Shown here: in pieces, positions 1-9,521 of the stretch
How positions within the stretch are numbered: position 1 is the stretch's first letter
Layout of the letters: each line of letters begins with the position of its first letter
Assembly (NCBI GenBank): GCA_965218295.1
Contig: CBDCKN010000017.1
Location: 76,956 to 140,955, forward strand
Origin: Longimicrobiales bacterium
GTDB taxonomy: Bacteria; Gemmatimonadota; Gemmatimonadetes; Longimicrobiales; Gaopeijiaceae
Direction: 5' to 3'
DNA: 64,000 nucleotides
Notes under the pieces: generated by a model
Database searches by the model: none
Told to the model about the DNA's origin: nothing
What the model saw: the letters and a program-made list of their open reading frames with translations, nothing else
Made by a program: the position numbers and the translations under genes

Positions 1-414
1 ACGGGCGACCTCGGTTCGGAAGGAGCGAAGCGAGACCTCCGTAGTGGCCACGCCGCTGTGCACTTCTCCCGACGGGAGGGCCAGGGCCAGGCCACTGGCC
101 ACGATGTGGGAGCGCCCGGCGAGGCGGAGGAGCATATCTTCGGCATCCTCCGGACCGGTGGGCTTTCCCAGGATCTCGTCGTCCAGCACGACGACGGTGT
201 CTCCGCCCAGGACAGCCGCATTGGGTCGCACACGGGTCACCGCCAGGGCCTTCTCACGCGCCAGGCGCTCCACGTGCTCCTCGGGTGTCTCACCCGGCAG
301 CACCTCCTCCAGAAGGTGCGCGGGCTCGACGGTGAAGGTCAGGCCGAGCATGCCAAGGTACTCCTTACGCCGGGGTGACGCCGACGCCAGGACCAAAGGA
401 GGAGGACCGCTCAT
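1..414 (-). CDS. maf: Maf family nucleoside triphosphate pyrophosphatase (runs off window start)
   Basis: Manual translation from ATG at 414: MSGPPPLVLASASPRRKEYL...EEHVERLAREKA...GGDTVVVLDDEILGKP, with the Maf motifs LASASPRR and DTVV..LGKP. Not in the supplied ORF track. Confidence 0.9.
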   Translation of the reverse strand, partial: MSGPPPLVLASASPRRKEYLGMLGLTFTVEPAHLLEEVLPGETPEEHVERLAREKALAVTRVRPNAAVLGGDTVVVLDDEILGKPTGPEDAEDMLLRLAGRSHIVASGLALALPSGEVHSGVATTEVSLRSFRTEVAR

Positions 415-438
415 CTCTCGAGACCGCTCATCTCTCGA
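405..438. repeat. 17-bp perfect tandem duplication at the dtd/maf junction
   Basis: GACCGCTCATCTCTCGA at 405-421 and 422-438. Confidence 0.95.
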
Positions 439-868
439 GAACGAGCGTGACTGGCCCGTCGTTCACGAGGGACACGTCCATCATGGCGCCGAACTCACCC
501 GTCGCCACGCGTCCGGGCAGCCGGGCTTCCAGGATCTCGACGAATCTCTCGTAGAGCGGAATCGCGATCTCCGGCGGCGCCGCATGGACGAAGCTAGGGC
601 GACGTCCCTTCCTGGTGTCACCGTAGAGGGTGAACTGGCTCACCACCAGAAGGGAGCCACCCACGTCCTCCAGGTCTCGGTTCATCTTGCCATCCGCGTC
701 GTTGAACACCCGGAGGCCCACGACCTTGTCGGCCATCCATTCCGCTTCGTCCGTCGAGTCGCCCCCGGTGAATCCAACGAGGAGGAGATGCCCGATACCG
801 ATCTCACCGACGGCCCGACCGTCGACCATCACCCGGGCTTGGCTCACGCGCTGCAACACAACTCTCAT
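428..868 (-). CDS. dtd: D-aminoacyl-tRNA deacylase
   Basis: MRVVLQRV start, SQFTL motif, GRRPSF and NDGPVT C-terminal motif. Confidence 0.97.
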   Translation of the reverse strand: MRVVLQRVSQARVMVDGRAVGEIGIGHLLLVGFTGGDSTDEAEWMADKVVGLRVFNDADGKMNRDLEDVGGSLLVVSQFTLYGDTRKGRRPSFVHAAPPEIAIPLYERFVEILEARLPGRVATGEFGAMMDVSLVNDGPVTLVLER

Positions 869-922
869 GGGGGCATTACCCCTGCACGGAGCGAAGGCCG
901 TCACATACAGGGCCCGGGCGGC

Positions 923-2761
923 TCACTCCACCGTGACCGACTTCGCGAGGTTCCGCGGCTGATCGACGTCGCAGTCGCGTTGGATAGCCGCGTGATAGGC
1001 CAGAAGCTGGAGGGGGATGGTGGTGAGCACGGGCAAAAGGGACGGGACGGTCTGCGGGACCTGGATGAGGTGATCCACCTTGCCGATCAGCTCCGGGGCC
1101 TCGTCGCTCACAACCGCGATGATGCGGCCGTTCCGCGTGCTCACCTCTTCGATGTTCGAGACCACCTTGTCGTACACCGCGTCCCTGGGAGCCAGGATGA
1201 CCACCGGCATGTTCTCGTCGATGAGGGCGATGGGCCCGTGCTTCATCTCCGCCGCCGGATAGCCCTCGGCGTGGATGTAGCTCACCTCCTTGAGCTTGAG
1301 CGCCCCCTCCAGGGCCACCGGGAATTGGTACCCCCGTCCCAGGTAGAGGAAGTTCTGGGCATGGGCATCGTCTGCCGCCAGCCCCCTGATCATGGGCTCC
1401 AGCTCCAGAGTTTCGGCCACCTGCTCAGGCAACCGCTGAAGGGCGGCCACCATCTCCCGACCCTGTACGTTGGAGAGGCTCCGCCGGCGACCCAGGTAGA
1501 GTGTGAACAGCGCCAGGGCCACGATCTGGCTGGTGAACGCCTTGGTGGAGGCGACGCCGATCTCCGGGCCGGCGTGAAGGTAGATGCCGAAGTCGGTCTC
1601 ACGGGCGATGGTAGAGCCGACCACGTTCACGATCCCCATGGTGGGCGCGCCCCTGCCCCGCGCCTCCCTGAGCGCGGCCAGCGTGTCGGCGGTCTCGCCG
1701 GACTGGCTGATGGCCAGGACGAGCGTCCCGGGCTCGATGACCGGGCTCCGGTATCGGAACTCGGAAGCGTACTCCACCTCCACCGGGACCCCGGCCAGCT
1801 CCTCCAGCATGTACTCGCCGATGAGGGCCGCATGCCAGCTCGTTCCGCAAGCCGTGATCACGATGCGTTTGACCCGAGAGATCTCCTCGTCCGTGAGCGT
1901 GATCCCGCCCAACCGCGCGGCTCCCTCCTCTTCGAGGAGGCGGCCCCGCATGACGTCGCGCAGGCTGGTGGGCTGCTCGCAGATCTCCTTCAGCATGAAG
2001 TGGTCGTACTCGCCCTTTTCGGCGGCTTCCAGATCCCATTCGACGCGGTGGATGGAGCGTCGGACCTCACCGAGCTCAAGGTGGAAGACGCGGTATCCGT
2101 CGCTCGTGAGCACGGCACAGTCACCGTCGTCCAGATAGACGACATCCTTGGTGTGTTGGATCACCGCCGACGCGTCGGAGCCCGCCAGGTTCTCGCCATT
2201 CTTGCCGATGCCCACGAGAAGGGGACTCCCGTTCCGCGCGACCACGATCTTCCCCGGATCCCGACTGCTGATGACCGCGATTCCGTAGGCCCCCTCGACC
2301 TGATGGAGGGCGGCCACAACGGCGTCCTCCAGGGTCGGGTTCTCACGAAACGCCTCATCGATGAGATGCACCACGGCCTCGGTGTCGGTTTCGGTCTCGA
2401 ACTTGTACCCCAGGTCGGTGAGCTTCCGGCGCAGGAGGTCCGCGTTCTCGACGATCCCGTTATGGACCATGGCGATGTCGCCGGCATGGCTCCAGTGGGG
2501 ATGGGCGTTTTGTCGGTTGGGGGCGCCGTGGGTGGCCCAACGGGTGTGGGCGATGCCACAGGTTCCCGGCGGCATCTCGACCTCCAGGATACGCTCGAGC
2601 TCCCTGAGCTTCCCGGCCCGCTTCACCGCGCGCAGGCACCCGTCGGCTCCCAGGATCGCCAGGCCCGCCGAATCGTACCCGCGATACTCGAGGCGGCGCA
2701 GACCCTCCAAGAGGATCGGCCCCGCTTCCTTGGAGCCCACGTATCCGACGATTCCGCACAT
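923..2761 (-). CDS. glmS: Glutamine--fructose-6-phosphate aminotransferase (isomerizing)
   Basis: MCGIVG N-terminal Cys, HTRWATHG, SQSGETADT, PRNLAKSVTVE C-terminus. Confidence 0.99.
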   Translation of the reverse strand: MCGIVGYVGSKEAGPILLEGLRRLEYRGYDSAGLAILGADGCLRAVKRAGKLRELERILEVEMPPGTCGIAHTRWATHGAPNRQNAHPHWSHAGDIAMVHNGIVENADLLRRKLTDLGYKFETETDTEAVVHLIDEAFRENPTLEDAVVAALHQVEGAYGIAVISSRDPGKIVVARNGSPLLVGIGKNGENLAGSDASAVIQHTKDVVYLDDGDCAVLTSDGYRVFHLELGEVRRSIHRVEWDLEAAEKGEYDHFMLKEICEQPTSLRDVMRGRLLEEEGAARLGGITLTDEEISRVKRIVITACGTSWHAALIGEYMLEELAGVPVEVEYASEFRYRSPVIEPGTLVLAISQSGETADTLAALREARGRGAPTMGIVNVVGSTIARETDFGIYLHAGPEIGVASTKAFTSQIVALALFTLYLGRRRSLSNVQGREMVAALQRLPEQVAETLELEPMIRGLAADDAHAQNFLYLGRGYQFPVALEGALKLKEVSYIHAEGYPAAEMKHGPIALIDENMPVVILAPRDAVYDKVVSNIEEVSTRNGRIIAVVSDEAPELIGKVDHLIQVPQTVPSLLPVLTTIPLQLLAYHAAIQRDCDVDQPRNLAKSVTVE

Positions 2762-2772
2762 GTCCGGCTTCC

Positions 2773-2795
2773 TTAGCAGCCTGTTGGAGATATGG
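2773..2795 (+). mobile_element. Degenerate MITE end remnant (family A-like)
   Basis: TTAG-CAGCCTGTTGGAGATATGG resembles GGAGCCTGTCGGAGTAATGG at 14788 and AGGCCTGTTGAAG at 9243. Confidence 0.4.
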
Positions 2796-2804
2796 AACGG
2801 ACCA

Positions 2805-4190
2805 CTAGATCACTCCTTCGAGAACCCGTGCCGCACGCTCGATCAGCTCCTCCGCGTTACTGCGGTCCGGCGCCTCCGCTATGAGTCGCACCACCAGCTC
2901 GGTCCCCGACGGCCGGACGTGCAGCCATGATCGGCGTCCGGACCAGCTCAGCCGAAGGCCGTCGGATCGGTCGGCCCCGTCACCGTCCAGATCCTCCTCC
3001 AGCGCACCATACGCGTCGGCAAGAGACTCCCGGGGGAAGCTGACCTTCCTCTTGACGATGGCGTACGTGGGCCACCGGCCGGCAGCTTCCGAGAGTGAGG
3101 AGCCTTCGTCTACCAGATGTTGCAAGATAAGTGCCGCGGCCACGGCCGCATCCCGGGTGTGGTGAAGCTCGGGGAGAATGACGCCCCCGTTGCCTTCCCC
3201 CCCTACGACGGCTCCCTCGGCCTGCATGCGGCGAACCACGTTGATCTCGCCCACGGGAGCCCGAACGACGGTGCTCTGGTGGGCGCCCGCCACGTCGTCC
3301 ACGGCCTGGCTGGTGGAGAGGTTCGTGACCACGGTTCCGGGTGTTCGGCGCAGGACGACGGCTGCGGCAAGGGCCAGGGTCAGATCTTCACCCAGCGCCT
3401 CTCCCCTCTCGTTCACGAGTGAGAGCCGGTCCACATCCGGATCTACGGCCAAGCCGAGATCCGCCCCCTCACTTCGAACGAGGTCTCCCAGATCCTCGAG
3501 GTTTTCCGCCGTCGGCTCCGGATCTCTCGGAAAATGGCCATCCATCTCGGCGTTGATCGCCACGACCCGACAGCCGAGAGCCTCGAGAAGAGGGGGCATG
3601 ACCGTCGCTCCCGCGCCGCGGACGCAGTCGAGCGCCACCGTGAGGTTCCGGCTGCGGATGGCGTCCCCGTCGAGCTGCGGCAGGGCCAAGACAGCTCGGA
3701 GATGACGCTCGGAAGCGCCGCCGTCTTCACGCAGCGCACCGAGCTCGTCCCATTTTGCCCTGGGGATCTCCTCCCCCAGAGCGAAGTCGAGGAAGGCCTC
3801 CATGGTCTCCGCGTCGAGGAAGGTGCCCCCTGGGGCCGCGAACTTCAGTGCGTTCCACTCGGCGGGGTTGTGGCTGGCCGTGACCTCGATGCCTCCGGCG
3901 GCTTCCCCCCTTCCGACCTCCAGCATGAGCGTCGGCGTTGCCACGATGCCGAGGTCCACCACGTCACAACCCACCGAGACCAGGCCCGAAGCCGCCGCAC
4001 TGGCCAGCATGCCTCCGGACGTCCGAGTGTCACGCCCGATGAGGACCGCGCCCTCGTCACCCGACCTGTCAAGGAATGCTCCAAACGCGGCGGCAAGGGC
4101 GCAGACGAGGTCCGGCGTCAACGGATCGCCGACCCGCCCGCGAAACCCGGAGACGCTCACCACCAGCCCATCTGGAATCGTCAGGGGCAT
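2805..4190 (-). CDS. glmM: Phosphoglucosamine mutase (alpha-D-phosphohexomutase family)
   Basis: TASHNP phosphoserine motif, DPDVDR metal loop, GGEGNGG, RPSGTE; directly upstream of glmS. Confidence 0.85.
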   Translation of the reverse strand: MPLTIPDGLVVSVSGFRGRVGDPLTPDLVCALAAAFGAFLDRSGDEGAVLIGRDTRTSGGMLASAAASGLVSVGCDVVDLGIVATPTLMLEVGRGEAAGGIEVTASHNPAEWNALKFAAPGGTFLDAETMEAFLDFALGEEIPRAKWDELGALREDGGASERHLRAVLALPQLDGDAIRSRNLTVALDCVRGAGATVMPPLLEALGCRVVAINAEMDGHFPRDPEPTAENLEDLGDLVRSEGADLGLAVDPDVDRLSLVNERGEALGEDLTLALAAAVVLRRTPGTVVTNLSTSQAVDDVAGAHQSTVVRAPVGEINVVRRMQAEGAVVGGEGNGGVILPELHHTRDAAVAAALILQHLVDEGSSLSEAAGRWPTYAIVKRKVSFPRESLADAYGALEEDLDGDGADRSDGLRLSWSGRRSWLHVRPSGTELVVRLIAEAPDRSNAEELIERAARVLEGVI

Positions 4191-4401
4191 GAGCCACCTA
4201 GCGTAGATACCGAAGACGTAGAGCCCGCTCCTAGACTATCGAGATTTCCATGAGGACCGTCAACGATGGGTGGTGGCACAGCCTACAGGGGGTCGGGTAC
4301 ATTCCGGCCATTCTCGGGTGCCCCTCGCCGCCGGCTCCATTGCGGCCTCGGATGGGGCGCCCGACATCGGCTCATCTGAGATCACCGATCGCGAGGAGTG
4401 A

Positions 4402-5562
4402 ATGACGAGGACATCGTGGGACGGAGCCCGATTCGGGACGCTCGCCGTCCATGCCGGACAGGAGCCTGAGCCCGAAACCGGAGCCATCATGCCTCCGATC
4501 TTTCAGACCTCGACGTACGTCCAGCCCGACGTCGCCAAGCCCAAGAAGGGGTACGACTACGCCAGGGTCAAGAACCCCACCCGAGAGGCCCTCGAAGGAA
4601 ACGTGGCCGCTCTGGAGGGGGGGAAGCACGGAATAGCGTTCGCCAGCGGACTCGCCGCCATCGAGGCCGTGGTCAAGCGCCTCTCGGCCGGGGATCACAT
4701 CGTCAGCGAGGAGAACACATGCGGGGGAGTGACGCGCATGTTCACCCGCGTCCTTGAGAAGCTGGGTCTGGAGTTCTCCTTCGTCGACACCCGTGACCCC
4801 AACCGCATCTGCGGGGCCATGCAGCCGAACACCCGGCTCGTGCACGTGGAGACGCCCACCAACCCCCTCATGTGCATCTGCGACATCCAGGCCGCAGCCG
4901 ACATCGCCCATGACGGCGGCGCCCTCCTCATGGTGGACAATACCTTCGCATCGCCCTTCAACCAGCGTCCCCTCGAGCTGGGTGCCGATGTCACGGTTCA
5001 CTCGTCCACGAAGTATCTGAACGGCCACTCGGACATCATCGGTGGAATCCTGGTGGTGAACGACGACGAGCTCGCGGAGGAGATCCACTTCGTAAGGAAA
5101 TCGTCGGGCGCCGTCCCCGGGCCCATGGATGCCTGGCTCTGCCTCAGGGGCACGAAGACGCTCCACGTCCGAATGGCACGGCACAACGAGAACGGGTTAG
5201 CGGTGGCGCGCTACCTCGTGGAACACCCCGCGGTGAGCCGTGTCGTCTATCCGGGTCTGGACTCCCATCCACAGCACGAGCTCGCGAGCCGGCAGATGTC
5301 GGGCTTCACGGGGATGGTGACCCTGGACCTGGGCGATCCCGATCGAGCCAGGGCCGTAGCCACTCGAACTCGAGTGTTCCAGCTCGCCGAAAGCCTCGGG
5401 GGCGTGGAATCCCTTGTGAGCATCCCGGCGCTGCAGACTCACGCCTCGGTGCCGAGGGATCTCCGGGAAGCCATGGGAGTCACGGAAGGGCTGGTACGGC
5501 TCTCGGTGGGCATCGAAGATCTGGAGGATCTGCTGGAAGATCTGGATCAGGCCCTGGCCTGA
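4402..5562 (+). CDS. PLP-dependent trans-sulfuration enzyme (cystathionine gamma-synthase/gamma-lyase)
   Basis: PIFQTSTY, YAR..NPTR, ETPTNP, DNTF, HSSTKYLNGHSD, SLGGVESL. Confidence 0.93.
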   Translation: MTRTSWDGARFGTLAVHAGQEPEPETGAIMPPIFQTSTYVQPDVAKPKKGYDYARVKNPTREALEGNVAALEGGKHGIAFASGLAAIEAVVKRLSAGDHIVSEENTCGGVTRMFTRVLEKLGLEFSFVDTRDPNRICGAMQPNTRLVHVETPTNPLMCICDIQAAADIAHDGGALLMVDNTFASPFNQRPLELGADVTVHSSTKYLNGHSDIIGGILVVNDDELAEEIHFVRKSSGAVPGPMDAWLCLRGTKTLHVRMARHNENGLAVARYLVEHPAVSRVVYPGLDSHPQHELASRQMSGFTGMVTLDLGDPDRARAVATRTRVFQLAESLGGVESLVSIPALQTHASVPRDLREAMGVTEGLVRLSVGIEDLEDLLEDLDQALA

Positions 5563-5586
5563 AACTTCTCCCGGGGGAGCCGCGTA
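5560..5586 (+). promoter_or_regulatory. Putative ECF (SigW-like) promoter upstream of M48 peptidase
   Basis: TGAAAC-N17-CGTA, same pattern as 11003-11029. Confidence 0.55.
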
Positions 5587-5647
5587 CAGCCGATAAGAGT
5601 GCGGCGGCCCCAGCGGTAGCCGCCAGGACACAAGGAGATAGACAGCC

Positions 5648-6667
5648 ATGGCTGATGAGAACGACCAAAACAACGGGAACGGCGAGAACGGCAGCGACGA
5701 GCAGGACTCACGTGCGCGGCGCATCCTGACCGACATCGCGCCCCGAGCCTGGGAGCACCCGGCGGACCGGGCGGCCTTGGCGGCCCTCCGGAAAATCCCC
5801 GTCTTCGACGACATACTCCGGAAGCTCTTCGGGTTCTTCGGGGAGAAGCCTATTCGCCTGGCGTTCCTGGCGAACTCGGTACGGATCTCCGACCGGCAGT
5901 TCCCGAGAGTCAAGAGCCTGTACGAGGACGTTCTCCAGACCCTGGACGCCCCCGAGGAGTATCCCCTCTTCGTCTCCCAGACGCCCATCGTGAACGCCGG
6001 CGCGTATGGGATGGACGAGCCTTTCATCATCCTGAATTCCGGGACCGTCAAGCTCCTGGACGACGAGCAGCTGTCGTACGTCATGGGCCACGAGCTGGGC
6101 CACATCATGAGCGACCACGTCCTCTACCGGACGATGACGGTGCTCCTGATCCAGCTCGCCGGGATGGGCTTCCCCATCGTCGGTCTGGCCGCACGGGCCA
6201 TCCTAGTGGCACTCCTGGAGTGGTCGCGGAAGAGCGAGCTCTCCAGTGACCGGGCCGGTCTCCTGTCCGTACAGGACCCCCAGCGGGTGATGAATACTAT
6301 GCTCAAAATGGCGGGCGGTGGTGATGATGACGAGATGAATCTCGACGAGTTCATCATCCAGGCCGAGGAGTACCGGGAGTCGGGGGACGTGGCCGACCAG
6401 GTGTTCAAGGTGCTGAACCTGATGGGCCAGAGCCATCCCTTCTACGTGCTGCGCGTCGCCGAGATTCGCTCGTGGATCGAAGAAGGCGAGTACGACCGCA
6501 TCCTCCGGGGCGAGTACCAGCATCGCGGTGAGCCGGACCCGGCCTACAACGAGGATCTCCAGGATGCCGCCCAGGCGTATGCACAGGGCGCCAAAGATCT
6601 CTTCGGCCAGATGGCGGGGGCCGCCAAACGCATGGCCGACGACATCATGGGAGCGGCCAAGCGGTAA
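5648..6667 (+). CDS. M48 family zinc metallopeptidase
   Basis: NAGAYG, GHELGH (HExxH), ELSSDRAG, SHP motif. Confidence 0.9.
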   Translation: MADENDQNNGNGENGSDEQDSRARRILTDIAPRAWEHPADRAALAALRKIPVFDDILRKLFGFFGEKPIRLAFLANSVRISDRQFPRVKSLYEDVLQTLDAPEEYPLFVSQTPIVNAGAYGMDEPFIILNSGTVKLLDDEQLSYVMGHELGHIMSDHVLYRTMTVLLIQLAGMGFPIVGLAARAILVALLEWSRKSELSSDRAGLLSVQDPQRVMNTMLKMAGGGDDDEMNLDEFIIQAEEYRESGDVADQVFKVLNLMGQSHPFYVLRVAEIRSWIEEGEYDRILRGEYQHRGEPDPAYNEDLQDAAQAYAQGAKDLFGQMAGAAKRMADDIMGAAKR

Positions 6668-6685
6668 CGGATCACCTAGCCTCCC

Positions 6686-7978
6686 ATGCGCATCCTCATC
6701 GTTGGAAACGGGGGTCGGGAGCACACCCTGGCCTGGAAGCTCCGCCGGGACGCACCCGGCGCGACCCTTTTCGTCACACAGCCAAACGGGGGCATGGCCG
6801 GCTCGGTCGAGACCCTAGAGATCACCGCCGGAGACGTGGAGGCCCTGGCGGGCTGGGCGCAGGCTCAGCGGATCGACCTGACTGTCATCGGACCGGAGGC
6901 ACCGTTGGCCGCCGGCCTCGCGGACCGCCTCCATCGCAATGGCGTGCCCGTGTTCGGGCCGACCAAGGCCGCCGCGCGCATCGAGTCGAGCAAGGCATAC
7001 GCCAAGGAGCTCATGGAGCGGGCCGGCGTCCCCACGGCGGGCTTCGCTGCGTTCAGTGACCCGGGAGAGGCCGCGGACTACGTGAAGGAAGGCGGTGCCC
7101 GCGTGGTCGTGAAGGCCTCCGGCTTGGCCGCGGGAAAGGGTGCCGTCGTCTGCGAGACCGTCGACGACGCCCTCGAGACCCTCGAGCGTATAATGACGGA
7201 CCGGGTCTTCGGCGAGGCGGGCCGGGAGGTGGTCGTCGAGGAGTTCATGTACGGGGAGGAGCTCTCGGTTTTCGCCCTGGCCGACGGTCGGGACGCCCTG
7301 CTGATGCTTCCGTCCCAAGACCACAAGCGGGTCGGCGAGGGGGACACGGGACCCAACACGGGGGGCATGGGTGCGTACGCCCCGGTGTCCCTGTCGACCC
7401 CCGAGCTCCTGTCCGACATCCTGGACCGCATCATCCGGCCGACCCTGGCAGCCCTGGCGGAAGACGACTCTGAGTTCCGGGGACTGCTCTACGCCGGCCT
7501 CATGCTCACCGAAGAGGGCCCCCGCGTCGTGGAGTTCAACTGCCGCTTCGGAGACCCCGAGACACAGGTGGTGCTGCCGCTCCTCGAGTCCTCGCTCCTG
7601 GATCCCATGTTGGAGGTGGCCCGGGGAGAACGGCTGGGTGGTGCCGCCTTGGAGTGGAGTGGTGGGGCGGCCCTCACCACGGTCGTGGCCTCGGAGGGAT
7701 ATCCCGGCGACTACGGGAAGGGCCGATCCATCGAGATACCGGACCGACTGAATTCGGATCCCGACGTCCTTCTCTTCCACGCGGGCACCAGGCTAGGCTC
7801 GGACGGCCTCGAGACCTCCGGGGGACGGGTGATCGCCGCCACCGGCCTAGGCTCAACCCTCAGCCAGGCCGCCGCCAAGAGCCGGAAAGCGGCCGCGGCC
7901 ATCGAGTTCGAGGGGAAGCAGTTCCGCACGGACATCGGGTGGAGGGAGTTCGCCCGATCCGAGCGAGAACGACCCTAG
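6686..7978 (+). CDS. purD: Phosphoribosylamine--glycine ligase
   Basis: GNGGREH, GLAAGKG, QDHKR, GPNTGGMGAY, EFNCRFGDPE. Confidence 0.99.
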   Translation: MRILIVGNGGREHTLAWKLRRDAPGATLFVTQPNGGMAGSVETLEITAGDVEALAGWAQAQRIDLTVIGPEAPLAAGLADRLHRNGVPVFGPTKAAARIESSKAYAKELMERAGVPTAGFAAFSDPGEAADYVKEGGARVVVKASGLAAGKGAVVCETVDDALETLERIMTDRVFGEAGREVVVEEFMYGEELSVFALADGRDALLMLPSQDHKRVGEGDTGPNTGGMGAYAPVSLSTPELLSDILDRIIRPTLAALAEDDSEFRGLLYAGLMLTEEGPRVVEFNCRFGDPETQVVLPLLESSLLDPMLEVARGERLGGAALEWSGGAALTTVVASEGYPGDYGKGRSIEIPDRLNSDPDVLLFHAGTRLGSDGLETSGGRVIAATGLGSTLSQAAAKSRKAAAAIEFEGKQFRTDIGWREFARSERERP

Positions 7979-7997
7979 GCTCCCGGACGTCCATCCC

Positions 7998-8831
7998 ATG
8001 CCGGAACTCCCAGAGGTCGAGACCATCGTCCGCGGCCTCCGGCCGAACCTGGTGGACCGCTCGGTCCGTCGCGTCCGCGTCCTGCAGCCCGATGTCCTGC
8101 GCCAGCCTCCACGGAGCTTTTCTGCCGGACTGAGAGGAAGGATCGTGAAGTCCGTCTCGCGCCGCGGGAAGAACATCGTGGTCGGGCTCACGGGAGACGC
8201 CGTTCTCGTCGTGAACCTGGGCATGACAGGCCGCCTTCTCCTTGCCGGTCCCACCGCCCAGGCGACACATCCGGCGGTTCGCTTCACACTGGACGAGGGA
8301 CCGGCCCTCGTCTTCGACGACGCACGCCGCTTCGGAGCCTTGGAGGTGCTTACGGCCGTCGACTGGCACCGCCGATCTGGAAGCCTTGGGCCCGAGCCCC
8401 TTTCGGCCACCTATACTGCAGCGCGGCTCCACGCCGACCTCTCGCGATCGTCTTCACCAGTCCGATCGTGGCTGTTGGACCAGCGTCGAGTAGCGGGGGT
8501 AGGGAATATCTACGCCAACGAGGCTTTACACCTGGCCGGTATTCATCCGCGCCGTCCCGCCAGGTCCGTGAGCGAGACCGAGGCCCGAGCCCTCCATCGC
8601 GCCATACGGAGGGTCCTACGCCAAGCAATTCGGAATCGCGGTACCACGCTACGGGACTATAGAGACGCCTCGGGCGCGCCCGGCGAGAACGCCGTGGCGC
8701 TGCGGGTCTACGCCCGGGCCGGTGAGCCGTGCCTTCGCTGCTCCACAGGGATTTGTCGATTGGTCTTCGGGAATCGCTCAGCCTTTTTCTGCCCGCGCTG
8801 TCAGCCGGAGACGGCGGGGCGCCGCGCGTGA
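7998..8831 (+). CDS. mutM: Formamidopyrimidine-DNA glycosylase
   Basis: MPELPEVET, RRGK, GVGNIYANE, C-terminal zinc finger CxxC...CxxCQ. Confidence 0.98.
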   Translation: MPELPEVETIVRGLRPNLVDRSVRRVRVLQPDVLRQPPRSFSAGLRGRIVKSVSRRGKNIVVGLTGDAVLVVNLGMTGRLLLAGPTAQATHPAVRFTLDEGPALVFDDARRFGALEVLTAVDWHRRSGSLGPEPLSATYTAARLHADLSRSSSPVRSWLLDQRRVAGVGNIYANEALHLAGIHPRRPARSVSETEARALHRAIRRVLRQAIRNRGTTLRDYRDASGAPGENAVALRVYARAGEPCLRCSTGICRLVFGNRSAFFCPRCQPETAGRRA

Positions 8832-8902
8832 GACGGTCCTGGTGGCGCAACGCACCGTCGAGCCGGAGCTCGGCCCTGGGCTGCGCTCTCCACGGCCGGC
8901 CC

Positions 8903-9242
8903 ATGTCCCTCTGGTGGATCCCAGCGCTCGTCTCCATGCTGGCGGGAGGTTTCGCTTCACCTGGGGCCCGGACGAGGCCAACGCTCAGACGGCGACCGGG
9001 GTCAACCTCCCCGTCGTCGAGCACGAGCTCGCCAACGGCATGCGCTTCCTGGTGCTGCCCCGCCGGGGGGCTCCCACCACCTCCTTCGTCGTGCAGTACC
9101 GCGTGGGGGGCGTGAACGAGGTCCCCGGCACGACCGGCATGGTCCATCTCCTGGAGCATCTCCTCTTCAAGGCACCAGCACACCGGGCACCCACGACGTG
9201 GAGGCGGAGCGAGGGCGTCTCGGGTGACGGCGACGCCTCTAG
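8903..9242 (+). pseudogene. Truncated, frameshifted M16 (pitrilysin family) peptidase remnant
   Basis: Signal-like MSLWWIPALVSMLAG is in one frame and LANGMRFLVL...GGVNE..GTTGMVHLLEHLLFK (inverted HxxEH) is in another. The expected FKGT is broken by a 1-bp deletion near 9171, and the remnant ends at a MITE at 9243. Confidence 0.8.
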
Positions 9243-9510
9243 AGGCCTGTTGAAGGAGTACAGCGGGTCGCGTTAGGAGCGCCGAGGGTCCAGCGCGTAG
9301 GCGGCGCGACGACGCGATGCTGTAGTATCGGGGAGGAGCGCCAACACCCGCGATGGGCCCTCGCCGCCCTAACCCGAAGGGCACAGGAGGGTTGCGGTCT
9401 CATAGGTCGTCTCTCCTCCTCGCCGTAGCCCTGCTACGACTCGTCGTCGTTCCTACTCTGAGCCTCGCAAGACCCCTGTGCGCGACCCACTGTACTCCTT
9501 CAACAGGCCT
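9243..9510. mobile_element. MITE family A, 268 bp, about 30-bp terminal inverted repeats
   Basis: AGGCCTGTTGAAGGAGTACAGCGGGTCGCG ... CGCGACCCACTGTACTCCTTCAACAGGCCT (1 mismatch); flanked by CTAG / CGAG; no transposase. Confidence 0.85.
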
Positions 9511-9521
9511 CGAGAGAGGGA

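Noticed and set aside
44..2776. 910-aa plus-strand ORF and other long antisense ORFs (e.g. 47524-49368, 44267-45793, 15250-16575)
   Set aside because: They are antisense shadows of glmS/dtd/maf, acs, guaB and mrp, typical of GC-rich codon bias, with no recognisable motifs
2762..2804. glmS ribozyme upstream of glmS
   Set aside because: Only 43 bp separate glmM and glmS, too short for the ribozyme, and no core motif is visible
4191..4401. SAM riboswitch upstream of the trans-sulfuration gene
   Set aside because: No SAM-I/II consensus or terminator recognisable by eye; an Rfam cmscan would settle it
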